A stretch of 64,000 nt of DNA, from the NCBI GenBank assembly GCA_965603825.1, contig CBFDEM010000034.1, forward strand, positions 124,001-188,000, given 5' to 3'. The first letter of the stretch is position 1. Every line of letters begins with the position of its first letter. The notes beneath the pieces are model-generated. The model worked only from the letters and a program-made list of their open reading frames with translations. It searched no databases and was not told the DNA's origin. Shown here in pieces: positions 1 through 11,697 of the stretch. The translations under genes and the position numbers were made by a program. This DNA comes from Blepharisma stoltei ATCC 30299. Lineage: Eukaryota; Protista; Ciliophora.

Positions 1-264
1 TAGGAAAATTCCATTCACAAATCTCCTTTGCAATACATCAGCCACTTCTCCAAGTACTAAGCTTCCAATTGTATTGCAATAGTTAGGATCTGTCGTTTTC
101 TGGCATATGTCTATCAAATAATTCTTTAATGTGCCTTGAAATAAAGAATTTGATAGAAGATATTGAAGAGCCCCAGCTGCAATCATGCAGGTTTGGCAGT
201 CAAGTTGGCCTTGGGCTGCATAAAGTATGAGCAAAAAATAGAAAAGCATGCTTTTATTTCCCAT
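1..264 (-). CDS. 5' part of a secreted saposin-like-domain protein (possibly the N-terminus of an acid sphingomyelinase); runs off the window
   Basis: Manual translation from ATG 264: MGNKSMLFYFLLILYAAQGQLDCQTCMIAAG...ICQKTTDPNYCNTIG...; signal peptide followed by CxxC...C...C saposin-type spacing; open to base 1. Confidence 0.55.
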   Translation of the reverse strand, partial: MGNKSMLFYFLLILYAAQGQLDCQTCMIAAGALQYLLSNSLFQGTLKNYLIDICQKTTDPNYCNTIGSLVLGEVADVLQRRFVNGIFL

Positions 265-445
265 AGATTTGAATAGTTTAATAATTTGAAAATAATGAAG
301 CTTCGCATCACCAAAATTTTTTGAATTTTAATTTCTCCATATTGGATTTTATAGTTAAAAAATTTATAATGTGTTTTAAAGAGTAAATATATAAGAATAA
401 AAGACTATAAACTAATGATTTAGCTTATTGGTTAACTTATTGCGA

Positions 446-1618
446 TTATTGTGATGCTTTGGTTTCAGTCTTTGGCTTTTCTTCAATTTTAACTATTTCA
501 GGCTCATCCTTCTTTTGTGCATTGAGGTCTTCAATATCTTCTACTTCAACAGGAATACCAGTAGGCTTTGCTGATTCTGTAGAAATAAATGGCGTTCCAG
601 TTACTACGAAATCTTCCAGACTAATTTCTTTGACATTTCTAGCGATTTTTGCATATCCTTTCTCTCCCCATTCAGGTCCCCAGCTATTCTTAATAATCCA
701 GTAAGGCTGCTGATTTTCATCAGTTCCCCAGCCTAAGACTTCGACTGCATGAGCACCTTTAACCTTTGTGGCAGCAATATGTGGCCTATAAACCCCACCC
801 CCATAGACTAAGAAATCTGTAAATACTTGCATTATGCCAACTACAGGTCCATTTTTCTTAATTTCTCTCATTAAAGCAGCCTCTGTAGCACTTGCACAAA
901 ATTCACTGACCTTAAAAGTGGCGTCTTCTAGCTTTTCAGGACATCCAGGAGCAGTAAGATCTTTTGAAGTGTAAGGGAAAACTTTGCTTTCGACAAGTCC
1001 AACGTCTCTTATATAATTCCATACAGAATCAATATTTCCTTGTGTGCAACCGTTATTCTTTTTGTCACAGGAAACCAAATCCTGTCCACTTAAGTTCACC
1101 AGAACAGCTCCTTGGCTATGGATGCAAAATCTTTCACTCAAACTTGAAGCTACAGCCAATGCATAAGATGATGAGCAGTTTCCTTGGACATAAATATCAG
1201 ACATGCAGTGAGGGAATTCTTCTCTGACATCATAATGGTCTGGGACAAGTCCTCCTTCATTAAGATAAGTCTGGCAAGGAGTCAGTGTTTTGGCTTGTTG
1301 AGAAATGTAAGTTTGTGAAGCCTGGGTCACATCTTTGAGATTCCAGTCCTTGAAATATGTGTTTTCTTTGAGGGTGTAGCCAAGCTTTAAGGCGTTTTGA
1401 GACTCAATAAAGGTAGAGTCAACGGCTGGGGTGAGATGAAGTGGGACTTCTGGATTGAAAATCAAGATACCGATAACGATTGCCATTATTCCTCCAAAGA
1501 TTCCGATGGCGATGTAGGTGTTCATGTTGCTTTTTGGTTTCTTTTTGTTAGCTTTCATAGCTCCTTTTCTAGCGTTTTCTCGGCTTATTTGAGCATCAAT
1601 CTCCTCGCCAGCTGCCAT
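446..1618 (-). CDS. Papain-family (cathepsin B / TINAG-like) protein with N-terminal TM anchor; catalytic Cys replaced by Ser
   Basis: QGNCSSSYA in place of QGxCGSCWA; LSGQDLVSCD, GAHAV and YWIIKNSWG retained; hydrophobic segment near residues 35-54. Confidence 0.9.
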   Translation of the reverse strand: MAAGEEIDAQISRENARKGAMKANKKKPKSNMNTYIAIGIFGGIMAIVIGILIFNPEVPLHLTPAVDSTFIESQNALKLGYTLKENTYFKDWNLKDVTQASQTYISQQAKTLTPCQTYLNEGGLVPDHYDVREEFPHCMSDIYVQGNCSSSYALAVASSLSERFCIHSQGAVLVNLSGQDLVSCDKKNNGCTQGNIDSVWNYIRDVGLVESKVFPYTSKDLTAPGCPEKLEDATFKVSEFCASATEAALMREIKKNGPVVGIMQVFTDFLVYGGGVYRPHIAATKVKGAHAVEVLGWGTDENQQPYWIIKNSWGPEWGEKGYAKIARNVKEISLEDFVVTGTPFISTESAKPTGIPVEVEDIEDLNAQKKDEPEIVKIEEKPKTETKASQ

Positions 1619-1914
1619 TTATAATTCCACGTGGATGATGGGATTAATTTTTAATTCTTTGTGTTTTAGGATTATTATAGTAGTCTTTATAGAGGAATCA
1701 ACCCTTGAAGATAAAGAAATATTGATAAATTGCTAATAAAAAATTGAAAAAATTTTGATAAAATTTATGTAATGAATTAGAGTCGATACTAGGTAAAATA
1801 TAATATAAAAAGGTCTAATGCGCCAATATTATTTGTTTATTTTTGTATCTCCCAAAATTGCCATTCTTATTATTTCACATTTAACTGTTGCAATTTAGTT
1901 ATGACTATACTGAA

Positions 1915-2121
1915 TTAAGGCTTTAGCAATTCTTGGCGAAGCTGCTGTGTAAACATATCTCCTGGCTGTTCTTCTTCCCAGTCCTCTTCCCACTGCTGTA
2001 TATCAAACTCTTCTTCTTTGCTTTCCCCCCAATTTTCATCCTCAAACTCTTCTAGTTCATCATCTTCTTCAATTGCCAAAACCTGATGCTTTGATTCTTC
2101 TACTTCCATTCGCTCACTCAT
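1915..2121 (-). CDS. SEM1: SEM1/DSS1 proteasome lid subunit
   Basis: 68 aa acidic protein with EEDDELEEF, WEEDW and F.QQLRQEL motifs. Confidence 0.9.
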   Translation of the reverse strand: MSERMEVEESKHQVLAIEEDDELEEFEDENWGESKEEEFDIQQWEEDWEEEQPGDMFTQQLRQELLKP

Positions 2122-2344
2122 ATTTATATCAAAGTCCTTTTATAAAGATTTCTTCAAGATTGAGATCAATTATAATTTAAAAATTGAAAAAAAAATAAGA
2201 AAAGCATAATTAAAGCTATGATAAGTCTTAAGCTCGGTTAATCTTATTTCATTTGTAGCCTGATTTTATTTTTAGATTTAATTTTTAAACTAAGCTTAAT
2301 TTAATTTTTTCTTTTATTAACGCTTAAGAAAAGTTAGGGAGCTA

Positions 2345-2750
2345 TTAGCCTAAAACTCTACTGAATACGCTTGGGAGATTTTCTTTGAAGTTTTCTTTTT
2401 CTGTTAATCCAGCAAGAACAATTGCCGCAAGTTTTATAATAAAGTTGATGACACATAATGCAAACACAAAGTGATGGACTCCAGATTCCCAGTTTCCTGA
2501 GTCAATTTCATTATTCCAAACAGATCCCCAGTAGCAAAGCCAAATAAAATCAACAATAAAAGTAATGATCATTAAATAGAAAACCCTGATTCTTTGAGAC
2601 TACATAAATTATCACCTTGTCAGCTTCAGACCATATGAGCCAAGCAAATACAAATAGTGGCAAATTGAAATCTGGCCTAGCGAGGCAGCAAAGAATTGAG
2701 ATTCCAGCAATGATGAGGAAAGCTTTTGGGACAAGTCCTTCGAGTTCCAT
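2345..2750 (-). CDS. Small multi-pass membrane protein, one 16-nt intron
   Basis: Two overlapping ORFs join in frame after removing 2600-2615 (...EADK|SQRIRVFYLMIITF...); about four hydrophobic segments. Confidence 0.8.
2600..2615 (-). other. 16-nt spliceosomal intron GTGATAATTTATGTAG
   Basis: GT..TAG, A at -6, removal restores the frame. Confidence 0.85.
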
Positions 2751-3028
2751 TATTTATAAATACGAAGATTAAATTAAATTTTAACTTGAGCCTATTTATC
2801 TTGAATTTAAAAAGAACTGGCTTATATTTGCATAATTATTTTAAATAGTTATAGGATTTTCTTATGAAAATAAGAGAGATTAACTCCCTTTAATTAAAAC
2901 AATTATAGGGATTTTCTATTTTTTGAAAACTACTCAGGTTGAAATGTTTAGACAATGTTAATCTTATTTTATTATTATTATTTGATTGAACTAATGGATG
3001 CTAAAAATGATATTTAATTATCACTAAT

Positions 3029-4924
3029 ATGTCCAGTGATGGGTCTTTACTCCGCTTTTTCAATTCAGAATATTTCACATTAGAGCATCTTCTATATTAT
3101 TTACACAAGCGTGAAGAGCCTGGAATTCGCAGTTTTCTTGTCAATAAACTCTACACATTCCCTCTTGAAGATATTTCTTTTTATATTCCACAGCTCATGA
3201 ATCTTATAATTGAAAGACAAGACTCAGAAGATTTAGAGCGATTTTTTTTAGAATCTAGCATCAAATCTCACGATTTTGCAATAAAATTTTACTGATTTTT
3301 AAATGGTGCCTTAAATGATGAAATTCCGAATAAACAAGATAAACTTGAGCGTATAAGCCATGACTTAGAAATGGTTATTGTTAATGCTACCCTTCCTAAG
3401 CAAAGCAATTCAACAGAGACTCCACATTTATTTCCTCTTGATCTTGAAGAATCAGAAATCGAAAAATTTTCAAGAAAAAGTATCAGGAATGACTATTTCA
3501 ACTATCAGCAAAAATCAATAGGACTATTATGCAAAATCTCAGTCGCACTATTAACAATCCCACTTGAGCAAAGAAATGAAAAGTTAAAAAATTGGCTTTC
3601 AGGGATGGACAGCTGGCTAAAAGAAACCAAACAAAAATACCATGATGGCATTTATTCAGACTACGCTAAAAGAATTTTTCGAGGAATTTTTATCCCGTTT
3701 AAATTTGTTGAAAATCCTGATAAAGAAATAAGCCAAGTTGTAAAAATCATTAGTGAGGAGTCATGCTGCTTCTGTACAAAAGCAAGAGTTCCTTATAAGC
3801 TGTTAATGGAAACAGTAGAAATGAGTGAAATAGAGCCAACTATGACAGACCGTATTCAGATAGAAACCAATGGAGTTAATATTACAGTTGACCAAGAAGT
3901 AGAAGAAATTGATGTCAGTCAAGTTGATAAAATGGTAAATAAAGAAAATGAGAGGTTTCAAGGGTTTGAAGATTACGCTGAAGAAGTCCAAAAAACAGAA
4001 AGGGAAGGAAACAGTGTTGTCGAGGATTCAGAAAATAATGTCAATAATTCAAGTGCTCCAGACAGCCCATGAGGGGAGTCTTGGTCAGAATTATCAAAAA
4101 GAATAAAAAATAATTCGTCGTTTGGGCAGTATAATTCTTGAAAGCTGAGAGCAATAATTGTTAAAGGACTTGATGACCTTCGGCAGGAATATCTTGCAAT
4201 GCAATTTATAAAAAAATTGAAGCTGATTTTTGATGAAGCCCATCTCTCAATTTTTTTAAGGCCTTATGACATTTTAGTTGTGTCGCACAATATGGGGATG
4301 ATTGAATTTATGCCTGACACCCTTTCTATACACGCAATTAAAAAAAATTCAAAAAATTATTCTTCACTATTAGATTTTTATTTGACGACATGGTCGAATA
4401 ATTTTGAAGAAGCCCAAAAAAATTTTATTGATAGTTTAGCTGGATATTCGCTTTTATGCTACATCTTAAACATTAAGGATCGTCATAATGGGAATATCTT
4501 AATTGATGGAGCTGGCCATATAATTCATATAGATTTTGGCTTCCTATTCACAAACAGCCCAGGAGGTAATATTAATTTTGAAACAGCCCCATTCAAGCTT
4601 ACAAAAGAAATGATAGAACTTATGGGTGGGATGGACAGCGAAATGTTTAGATACTATAAATGCTTGCTTATACAAGGGTTTTTAGAATTAAGAAAACACG
4701 TTGATAAGCTAGAAATTCTAATTTCTATGATGGCTCCTGGAAGAAAGTTACCTTGCTTTAGAGATTTTGATAGAGCTGTTCATGAATTTCGAGAAAGATT
4801 CCATCTGAGTAAAACTGATGAAAAATGCATAGCGTTAATTGATTCACTAGTCTATAATGCAGCTAATAATTGGAGAACAAATAGATATGATGCATTTCAA
4901 CGATACAGTAATGGGATTCTATAG
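3029..4924 (+). CDS. PI4KB: Phosphatidylinositol 4-kinase beta (PI4KB/Pik1); 3 TGA=Trp codons
   Basis: FYIPQL, VK.LDDLRQE, KDRHNGN, HIDFGF, FETAPFKLT; TGA at 3293, 4070 and 4139 read FYW, PWGESW, SWKLRAIIVK. Confidence 0.93.
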
Positions 4925-5118
4925 ACACAAATTATAATGTAAAACTTTATTTGATTAATTGTTGCCTAGCTAGTTCTTAGATTTAAACTTAAATAAAGAA
5001 TTAAATTGACAAAAGGCCATATTAATTTTCTATTTAATTTCAGCAAAATAATGCATAAAAGTAATTCAATCACGCCAGCATTATTAAATATCCATCAATA
5101 AATTAGGAAGGAAAATAA

Positions 5119-5847
5119 ATGTCAATTGAAGGTCTTCGGAAGATTGCTGAAGAAAAGCGATATAATTTGCTTAAATCATCAATCCACCTATTCAAAAACA
5201 ATTTTATAACTAAGCATATAGCAGAAGAAGTGAACCCCAGCCACGATTCAAGTTTTGAACCATGAATGAAAGATCCACCAAGTAAGAAAATCACACCGTT
5301 GCACATAAAGCCTGAAGAGCCTACCGAAATTATCCCAAAACCATTCATTATATATCGACGAGTTAATTCAAACAGGGTTATTTCTGTTATAAGAAGACGA
5401 GAATTTGCCCCAATAACTGTAAACGAATTAACAAAAATTACATTAGGAGAAAAAGATGATGTAACTGAAGATAGCAGGATTATTGTAGCTCACCAAAGAA
5501 CTCCACATCACAAGCCGTCACTTTCTTTGTCAAGTGGGAAATCAATTTCTCATAGAAAAACCCGCAGTCTACACAGAAGAGAATTTACCAAAATTTTTGA
5601 GACGGAAAAATATTATGATACCGCAGGCGAGAGTAATTATAAAAACACAAATATTGGAAGAAAAGCAGTACCTGTGTATACGAATTTTTCAAGAGGATTA
5701 AATAATGTGATTGAACATAAAAGAAATCCTAGTTTATTAAGACATAAAGAGAATTCAAATTCTCTTTCCTCTCTAAACTTGAAGCGAAATGCATCATCTA
5801 TTCTTGCAGAGAGACACCATTTTTCGAAAAAAGCCTCAAATCGGTAA
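5119..5847 (+). CDS. Hypothetical basic low-complexity protein; 1 TGA=Trp
   Basis: ATG 5119 is in frame with ORF 5266..5847 across TGA 5263; flanked by AT-rich spacers. Confidence 0.65.
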
Positions 5848-5882
5848 TTTTAATGATTTAACTAAATATCTAAGCAGTTTTT

Positions 5883-6476
5883 CTAATGAGCAAAATCTTC
5901 AAGTTTTTTGAGCATAGGAACTTCCATTTCTTCTTCCCAGTTTTTGTTGACCATCTCAATTTTTTCTTTCATCTGATCAAGAGTATCCTTAAGTATGCTT
6001 GCAAACCTAGAAGACATATCATCAATTTTCTTTCTTAGCTCCTTAACTTCTTCTTCTTTCTCTCTCAAAACTCCTTCTTTTTCTTTCATAATTTCTTGCA
6101 GCTGCGAGTCTCTTTGCTGGATTTTCACTTGGTTTTGTTCAATTCTTTCTTCTAAAACTTTGATTTTTTCATCTTTTTCTTGTTGCATTGATTTATATTG
6201 TCTGGTCATGTCACAAGTGACGTCCCAAGTCCTTTTCTTTTCTTCTTCTAAATCATTACAGAGTATATTAACTTTGGCTCTTAGTTCGTTTTCAGAAGCT
6301 CTTTCTCTATCAGCTGCTTCAGTTTCTTGGATTAGAATTTGCTGAAGTGATCTCCATTCAACTAGTCTAGCATTATATTGCTCTTCAACTGATAAATTAG
6401 CTAGAGGATTTTCTGGCTCTTTCTTTGCCTTGCCTTTTTTGACTCCTTTTTTGTCACCTTTTTTCTTTACTCCCAT
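5883..6476 (-). CDS. CCDC153/DRC12-like ciliary coiled-coil protein
   Basis: Lys-rich N-terminus, DMTRQYKSMQ motif, continuous coiled coil. Confidence 0.7.
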   Translation of the reverse strand: MGVKKKGDKKGVKKGKAKKEPENPLANLSVEEQYNARLVEWRSLQQILIQETEAADRERASENELRAKVNILCNDLEEEKKRTWDVTCDMTRQYKSMQQEKDEKIKVLEERIEQNQVKIQQRDSQLQEIMKEKEGVLREKEEEVKELRKKIDDMSSRFASILKDTLDQMKEKIEMVNKNWEEEMEVPMLKKLEDFAH

Positions 6477-6596
6477 TATGAATTGATTGCAAACGTTATT
6501 TAAATAAATTTAAGTGTTTATAAGTATATATTAAATAATATATTAAGCCAATGGGTGTTTTTAGAATCTTTTTTACAAAAACTATAAATTATTGTG

Positions 6597-7385
6597 TTAA
6601 ATTTTAGAGAATTCAGTTCCATTGTCAATCCCGTACTCATTTGATGGTCTCTTATATCCCGATATCCTATCTAACGCTCTGCTTACTTTTTTGCTGATAA
6701 TCCACATATAATGAGCAATTAGAATCCCTGAAATTAAATCAATAGTATAATGACCCCTCAAAAATATCATAACCCAAAACTCGATAAAAACAGTCGCAAT
6801 TGATATCCACATAAGACCCCTTTTACCCCTCGCATGACTATCTAATGACAAAATCGTTATGACGCCTACATGCCCTGAAAAGAAAAAATCATTTGTCACA
6901 TAGTAAGATACTGTCAATGAAGGAAAACCAGGATACCCCCAAGCTTGCCCATAAGGAAATTCCATAACAAAGATATTCTGTATGAGCCCTCTAAAAGCAT
7001 AAAAACAAAAAAGACAAATTGCAGTCCTTCATGTTTTTCCCCAAAGGATAAAATTGGTAGCATAGTTTACTACAAGTATATCTACTAGAAAAGAGGAAAT
7101 AATAAGCATGATGCTCCTTGGAGTTTCATTCTCTCTAAAAAATTGATTTATGGGCCGAGTAGCTTGAAATAGCCCATCTCATATACAATCTACATTGGCT
7201 GATTGTAAGGTTATTCCAGTTATTGCATTTGCAACGATAAGGGTGCCAAAAGCAACGACTATAAAGATTCTGATGAAAAATAAGCTTTGAGATGTCCTAT
7301 CTTTCCAGTTTTCTTGCAAAAAAAAGTGAGTCCATGATGGTTTTCGCTTGACTATCTTCCCTGTTAATAGGCTCTCCACTTCCAT
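6597..7385 (-). CDS. PAP2-superfamily sphingomyelin synthase / PDCT-like membrane phosphotransferase; 2 TGA=Trp
   Basis: DFFFSGH and RGHYTIDL catalytic motifs; the two ORFs join in frame across TGA 7179 and 7029. Confidence 0.85.
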
Positions 7386-7531
7386 TTTATCAGTTTATAT
7401 AAGATAATCAGCATTTCAAGCGTTAATTTTGCATTTAATAACTTCTAGTAGCAATTTAGAATAACAATATTGGCTTTAAATTAGTATTTTATAACAGAAA
7501 TAAATTAGCATTTATTTTGATTTTATGGTCA

Positions 7532-9211
7532 TTAATTAATACCCTGATGAGGAAGTGAGCAAATATTGACTTTTTGTGCGAACAGTAATGAGTAAATCGT
7601 CTCCTGCAAGTTTATTGCAAGAGGAGAAATATTTACAAACATAAGGGTTTTTCCATCGCCTCCTAATGAATTCTGTAAAATGGTCGTGAGTTTGGAATTT
7701 CTGAAGGGTATATATCCACGTTTTTCAACAAGGGCTTGAATCACATCTCTTAGCGCGCTTAAAGACCTATTTATATTTTTTGTTTCTTCTAGCCTATCAC
7801 CTTCTGCATTAGAATTCTTTAACTTTTCAGATCCGGCCAAGTCGATTAAATTTAATGTACCATTAATTTCTTCAATGCCTTTTCTCCCATTAATTTTTAA
7901 TTGAAATAAACAATGAGATCTTGATGAATGAGCATTGCATGAAGTTTGGGCCTCTGATCGTTGTTTTCTTGCTTTTGTTAAAAGAGGGTATAAATCTTCA
8001 TAGCTGTATATATCAATATAAACTGGATTTATCATTGATACGCTAAATGCTGTCATCTTTTTTGAGTTTTCCAGTAAATCTAAGATCTGCTCATTATAAA
8101 TTTCTATAATTGAAACTTGGAAATTGAAATTCCACCCAAGTAATTTCAATTTTTCACTGCTCTGAAATAGCTGCTCAACTGATTTCTGAATAATCCCTTT
8201 TCCTTGTGAAATCCCCATAAAATCTTTTGGACCTTCCATTGTATAAGTTTTTCCTGACCCAGTCTGTCCATATGCAAAAATACATACTTTATAGCCATCT
8301 AAAGCACTTTGAACGAGCTGGGAAATTTCTCCAAACAGCTCATCAATTGTGACTTGTGGGCCAAATACTCTATCGAATCTAAAAGAATTTGCTTTATCTG
8401 GTTTATGAATTGTGATGAGTTTTCTATCAATTTCAATATTTGCTGGCTCTTCCATTTCATTTTCCAACAATGGCCGAATTTTGCAGAAGACCCTTATATT
8501 TCCTTTTAGCTCTTGTAGCCTATTATGTAGCACCTTAATTTCAGCATAATCTTGCAGCCTTTGTCTTTGTAAGTTATCAATCTCTTCAGCATAAGACTGC
8601 TTTATTATTTCAAGATTTTCAATTTCCTCTTGCTGAGATAAGACTAAACTTTTTATTTTATCTCTTTCTGCAATTGAATTTTGAAGTTTTGCTTGTGCAG
8701 CTTGCTTAATTTCTCTAATATTTTGAAGATCTATACTTTTTTCAATTGATAACTTTTCAAGCGCTTCTCTTTTTGGACGGAGAAACTCTAATTGGTTTTT
8801 TTCTTGTGCTATTTTGCCTTTGAGTTCAAAAATCCTAGCAAGTTTATTGTTTCTTGTTTTCTCGAGCTCGATTTCTATTTCTTTAATTTTTGTACTTTCT
8901 AATTCGATATCTGTATTTAAATTTTGCAACGAGCTTATTTTTGATTGTATTTGAGCTTCCCTTCTTTCGAGGAATTTTGATTGGATATTTTTGAAATTTT
9001 CCAAGTACTTAAAAAATATTTCATATTCCTCTTTCAGAAGCTCAGTCCCTTGGACTTTCATGAGGAGCGCGGCTTTTTTGTAAGATCCTAATATTTTTTT
9101 TGGTTTTTCAGAAAAATAAATTCCGGGAGTTTGGTTGAGAGTTTGACCTTTAATTGAAGGTTGGAGCCTATTTGGGATGACAATGAGCTCTGGCTTAGGA
9201 GTTTGTGACAT
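7532..9211 (-). CDS. Kinesin-14 (C-terminal motor, KIFC1/Kar3-like)
   Basis: Coiled coil then LHNRLQELKGNIRVFCKIRP neck, GQTGSGKT, SSRSH, DLAGSE. Confidence 0.95.
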   Translation of the reverse strand: MSQTPKPELIVIPNRLQPSIKGQTLNQTPGIYFSEKPKKILGSYKKAALLMKVQGTELLKEEYEIFFKYLENFKNIQSKFLERREAQIQSKISSLQNLNTDIELESTKIKEIEIELEKTRNNKLARIFELKGKIAQEKNQLEFLRPKREALEKLSIEKSIDLQNIREIKQAAQAKLQNSIAERDKIKSLVLSQQEEIENLEIIKQSYAEEIDNLQRQRLQDYAEIKVLHNRLQELKGNIRVFCKIRPLLENEMEEPANIEIDRKLITIHKPDKANSFRFDRVFGPQVTIDELFGEISQLVQSALDGYKVCIFAYGQTGSGKTYTMEGPKDFMGISQGKGIIQKSVEQLFQSSEKLKLLGWNFNFQVSIIEIYNEQILDLLENSKKMTAFSVSMINPVYIDIYSYEDLYPLLTKARKQRSEAQTSCNAHSSRSHCLFQLKINGRKGIEEINGTLNLIDLAGSEKLKNSNAEGDRLEETKNINRSLSALRDVIQALVEKRGYIPFRNSKLTTILQNSLGGDGKTLMFVNISPLAINLQETIYSLLFAQKVNICSLPHQGIN

Positions 9212-9663
9212 AACTTGGATTTATATTAAAAAATTAAGAAAAAGTGTATAAGAGAAAATGAGATATATGAGCCTATACAATTTGAAAGAAAAAGAGATTG
9301 GCCTTGTGTGATAGGTTGAAATAGTTAAGGATGCACAACAAACTAGCTTGGAAGGGTAAAACAAATAATTGAACAAAATTTGCAGAGTATGTATTTTGAC
9401 ATAGAGGAAATGTATCTTAAAGGCATACTTTTAAAAGTGTTCATGGCTATTAGAAGCAATTAGAAAAATCAAAATAATTGAAAAAATCTTAATTTCAAAC
9501 AGACATAGGCTATAGTTGATGTTTATTAAACTGCAGATTATACAGGTCAGTTTGTAACAGAGGGAAATTTTCAGATCAAGAAGTGTTAAATCTAAACCAA
9601 AAAAATTATAATTATGATAATATTTACCGTTTTATCTAATCTACTTGATACAAAATCTTAATA

Positions 9664-11697
9664 ATGGTAAAAATTCGTGCATTTCATGGGTACGTTGCTG
9701 ACCAAGGAATAGCCCACAAGCTAATTGCTCCACCTTATGACGTTCTTGACAGTGACGAAGCTCGTGCAATGGCTGAAGGCAACCAATATTCTTTTTTGCA
9801 TTGCAATAAGCCAGAAATAGATCTTCCTCATGATGCCGATCTATATTCTGAAATTGTCTACCAAACAGGCCATGACAATTTAAAGAAATTTGTTGAAAAT
9901 GGCTGACTAATTAAAGAAGAAAGCGAAATTATTTATGTCTACGCAATTACCATGCATGGAAGAACACAATACGGAGTTATGGCTGGAGCATCGGTTAAAG
10001 ATTACGAGCACAACCGCATCAAAAAGCATGAACTTACCCGAAAAAAGAAAGAAGAAGACAGGACTAAACTCACAGACACCCAAGGTGCCAATGTTGGTCC
10101 TGTATTCCTTACTTATGAAGCAGTAGATGAGATTGATGCCCTCGTCAGAAATGTTGCTGCAAGAGCTTCATTTATAGATACAACGACTGAGGATGGAATA
10201 AGGCATGTCTTATGGAAGTGCACAATAGAGGAATCTCGGGAATTAGTTGAGCTTTTTAAGTCTATTCCTCATACTTATATTGCTGATGGACATCATAGAG
10301 CTGCTTCAGCCTTCAATGTAGGGAAAATCAGACAAAAAAGAGCTGAAGAAAAAGGAGAAAAACCAGCTAAAAGCAGCAAATATTTCTTGGCTTTGCATTT
10401 CCCACATAATCAGCTTAAAATTTTTGATTATAATAGAGTTTTGAGAGATTTGAATGGATTGACTGCAGAGCAGTTCTTGACAGCTTTAAGAGAAAATTTT
10501 GAATTATATGATATACAAGATCCTCATCCTCCTGCAAAGCATCATTTTTCGTTGTACCTCAATGGGAAGTGGATTGGTTTTAAAATTAAACCAGAAAAAA
10601 TTGTTGGAGGTGACCCAGTAAGCAATTTAGACTCATTTTTATTGACTAAATTATGCTTAGCACCAATTTTGGAAATAGAAGATTTAACCACAAGTGAAAG
10701 AATTGATTTTGTTGGAGGAATTAGAGGTTTAGAGGAGCTCGAAAAAAGATGTGGAAATGTCAAGCCATTGACCTGGGAACAGATAACACTGAACATTTTC
10801 CACGAAATCAATGACGCAAGAACCAATCCCCAAAAATTTGCAGAAAGGATTGAGCACACCCTCAAAAGCTATAAAGAAAATAGATCAAAGCATAGAGCTG
10901 GGTCAGTCCCTATAATGACTAGAGAAGGTATCAGTGCTGTCATAGAAGCCATTAATGCACTCAAAGCATCTGAACCTTTGCATGCTTTATCCTGGTCTGA
11001 AGGTCTTGCTAAGGCAGCTCAAGCTCATTGCAATGATTCTGGATCGCTTGGAATTATTGGTCATGTCGGATCAATGGAAAATAACCTTCAGGACCGTGTC
11101 GAATACTTCGGAAGATGGTCCGGAAGTGTCGCAGAAGCTTTAGACTATACTTCAGTCGATGGCTTTGAAGTTGTATGTGCATTTTTAATTGATGATGGCC
11201 TACCTACTCGTCCTCACAGACACGCATTGCTTAACCCAGATTTCCATAAGGTTGGCATTGGATCTGGCCCTCATTCAGAATATAAGACTACATCTAGCAT
11301 AATTTTTGCAGGAGATTTTCATGATAGTGCTGAATCTGATAGTGTAGAAGTCCCTGGGGGCGCTCCAGAACTAGCTGATGAAGTTTATAATTGGCTTGAT
11401 GGAGCTGTTAAAGTGACTTGCAACTTGAGAACTGAAACTGTTGGAGGGAAAACGAGGAAAATCATGAAGAAGATTTGGGAAATGTCGGATGGGACTGAAC
11501 AGATCACTGAAAATGAAGTGAAGGAGGATAACGGACTTGTGAAAAAGGACTGTGTAGCTGCTATTGCACTTTATCCAGTTCAGGTTGAAGAAGTGATGGC
11601 TATTGCAGATGCAGGCCAGATTATGCCGCCAAAATCGACGTGGTTTGAACCAAAGCCAAGGTCTGGGATGGTGGTGAATATATTTAAGGATGATTAA
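9664..11697 (+). CDS. DUF1015-family (ParB/Srx-like) protein with an internally inserted CAP/SCP domain; 1 TGA=Trp
   Basis: PPYDV, KPEIDLP, IKKHELTR, YIADGHHR, IDFVGGIRG, MPPKSTWFEPK; TGA 9904 reads GWLIKE; CAP motifs between 10759 and 11547. Confidence 0.88.

Noticed and set aside
3293-4141. TGA as selenocysteine or cysteine
   Set aside because: Aligned positions are conserved Trp in non-selenoprotein families; the single TGA/TGT paralog pair (51575) is one substitution in a variable region
9664-11697. Bacterial contamination explaining DUF1015
   Set aside because: Contains a TGA=Trp codon, host-like composition and eukaryotic neighbours
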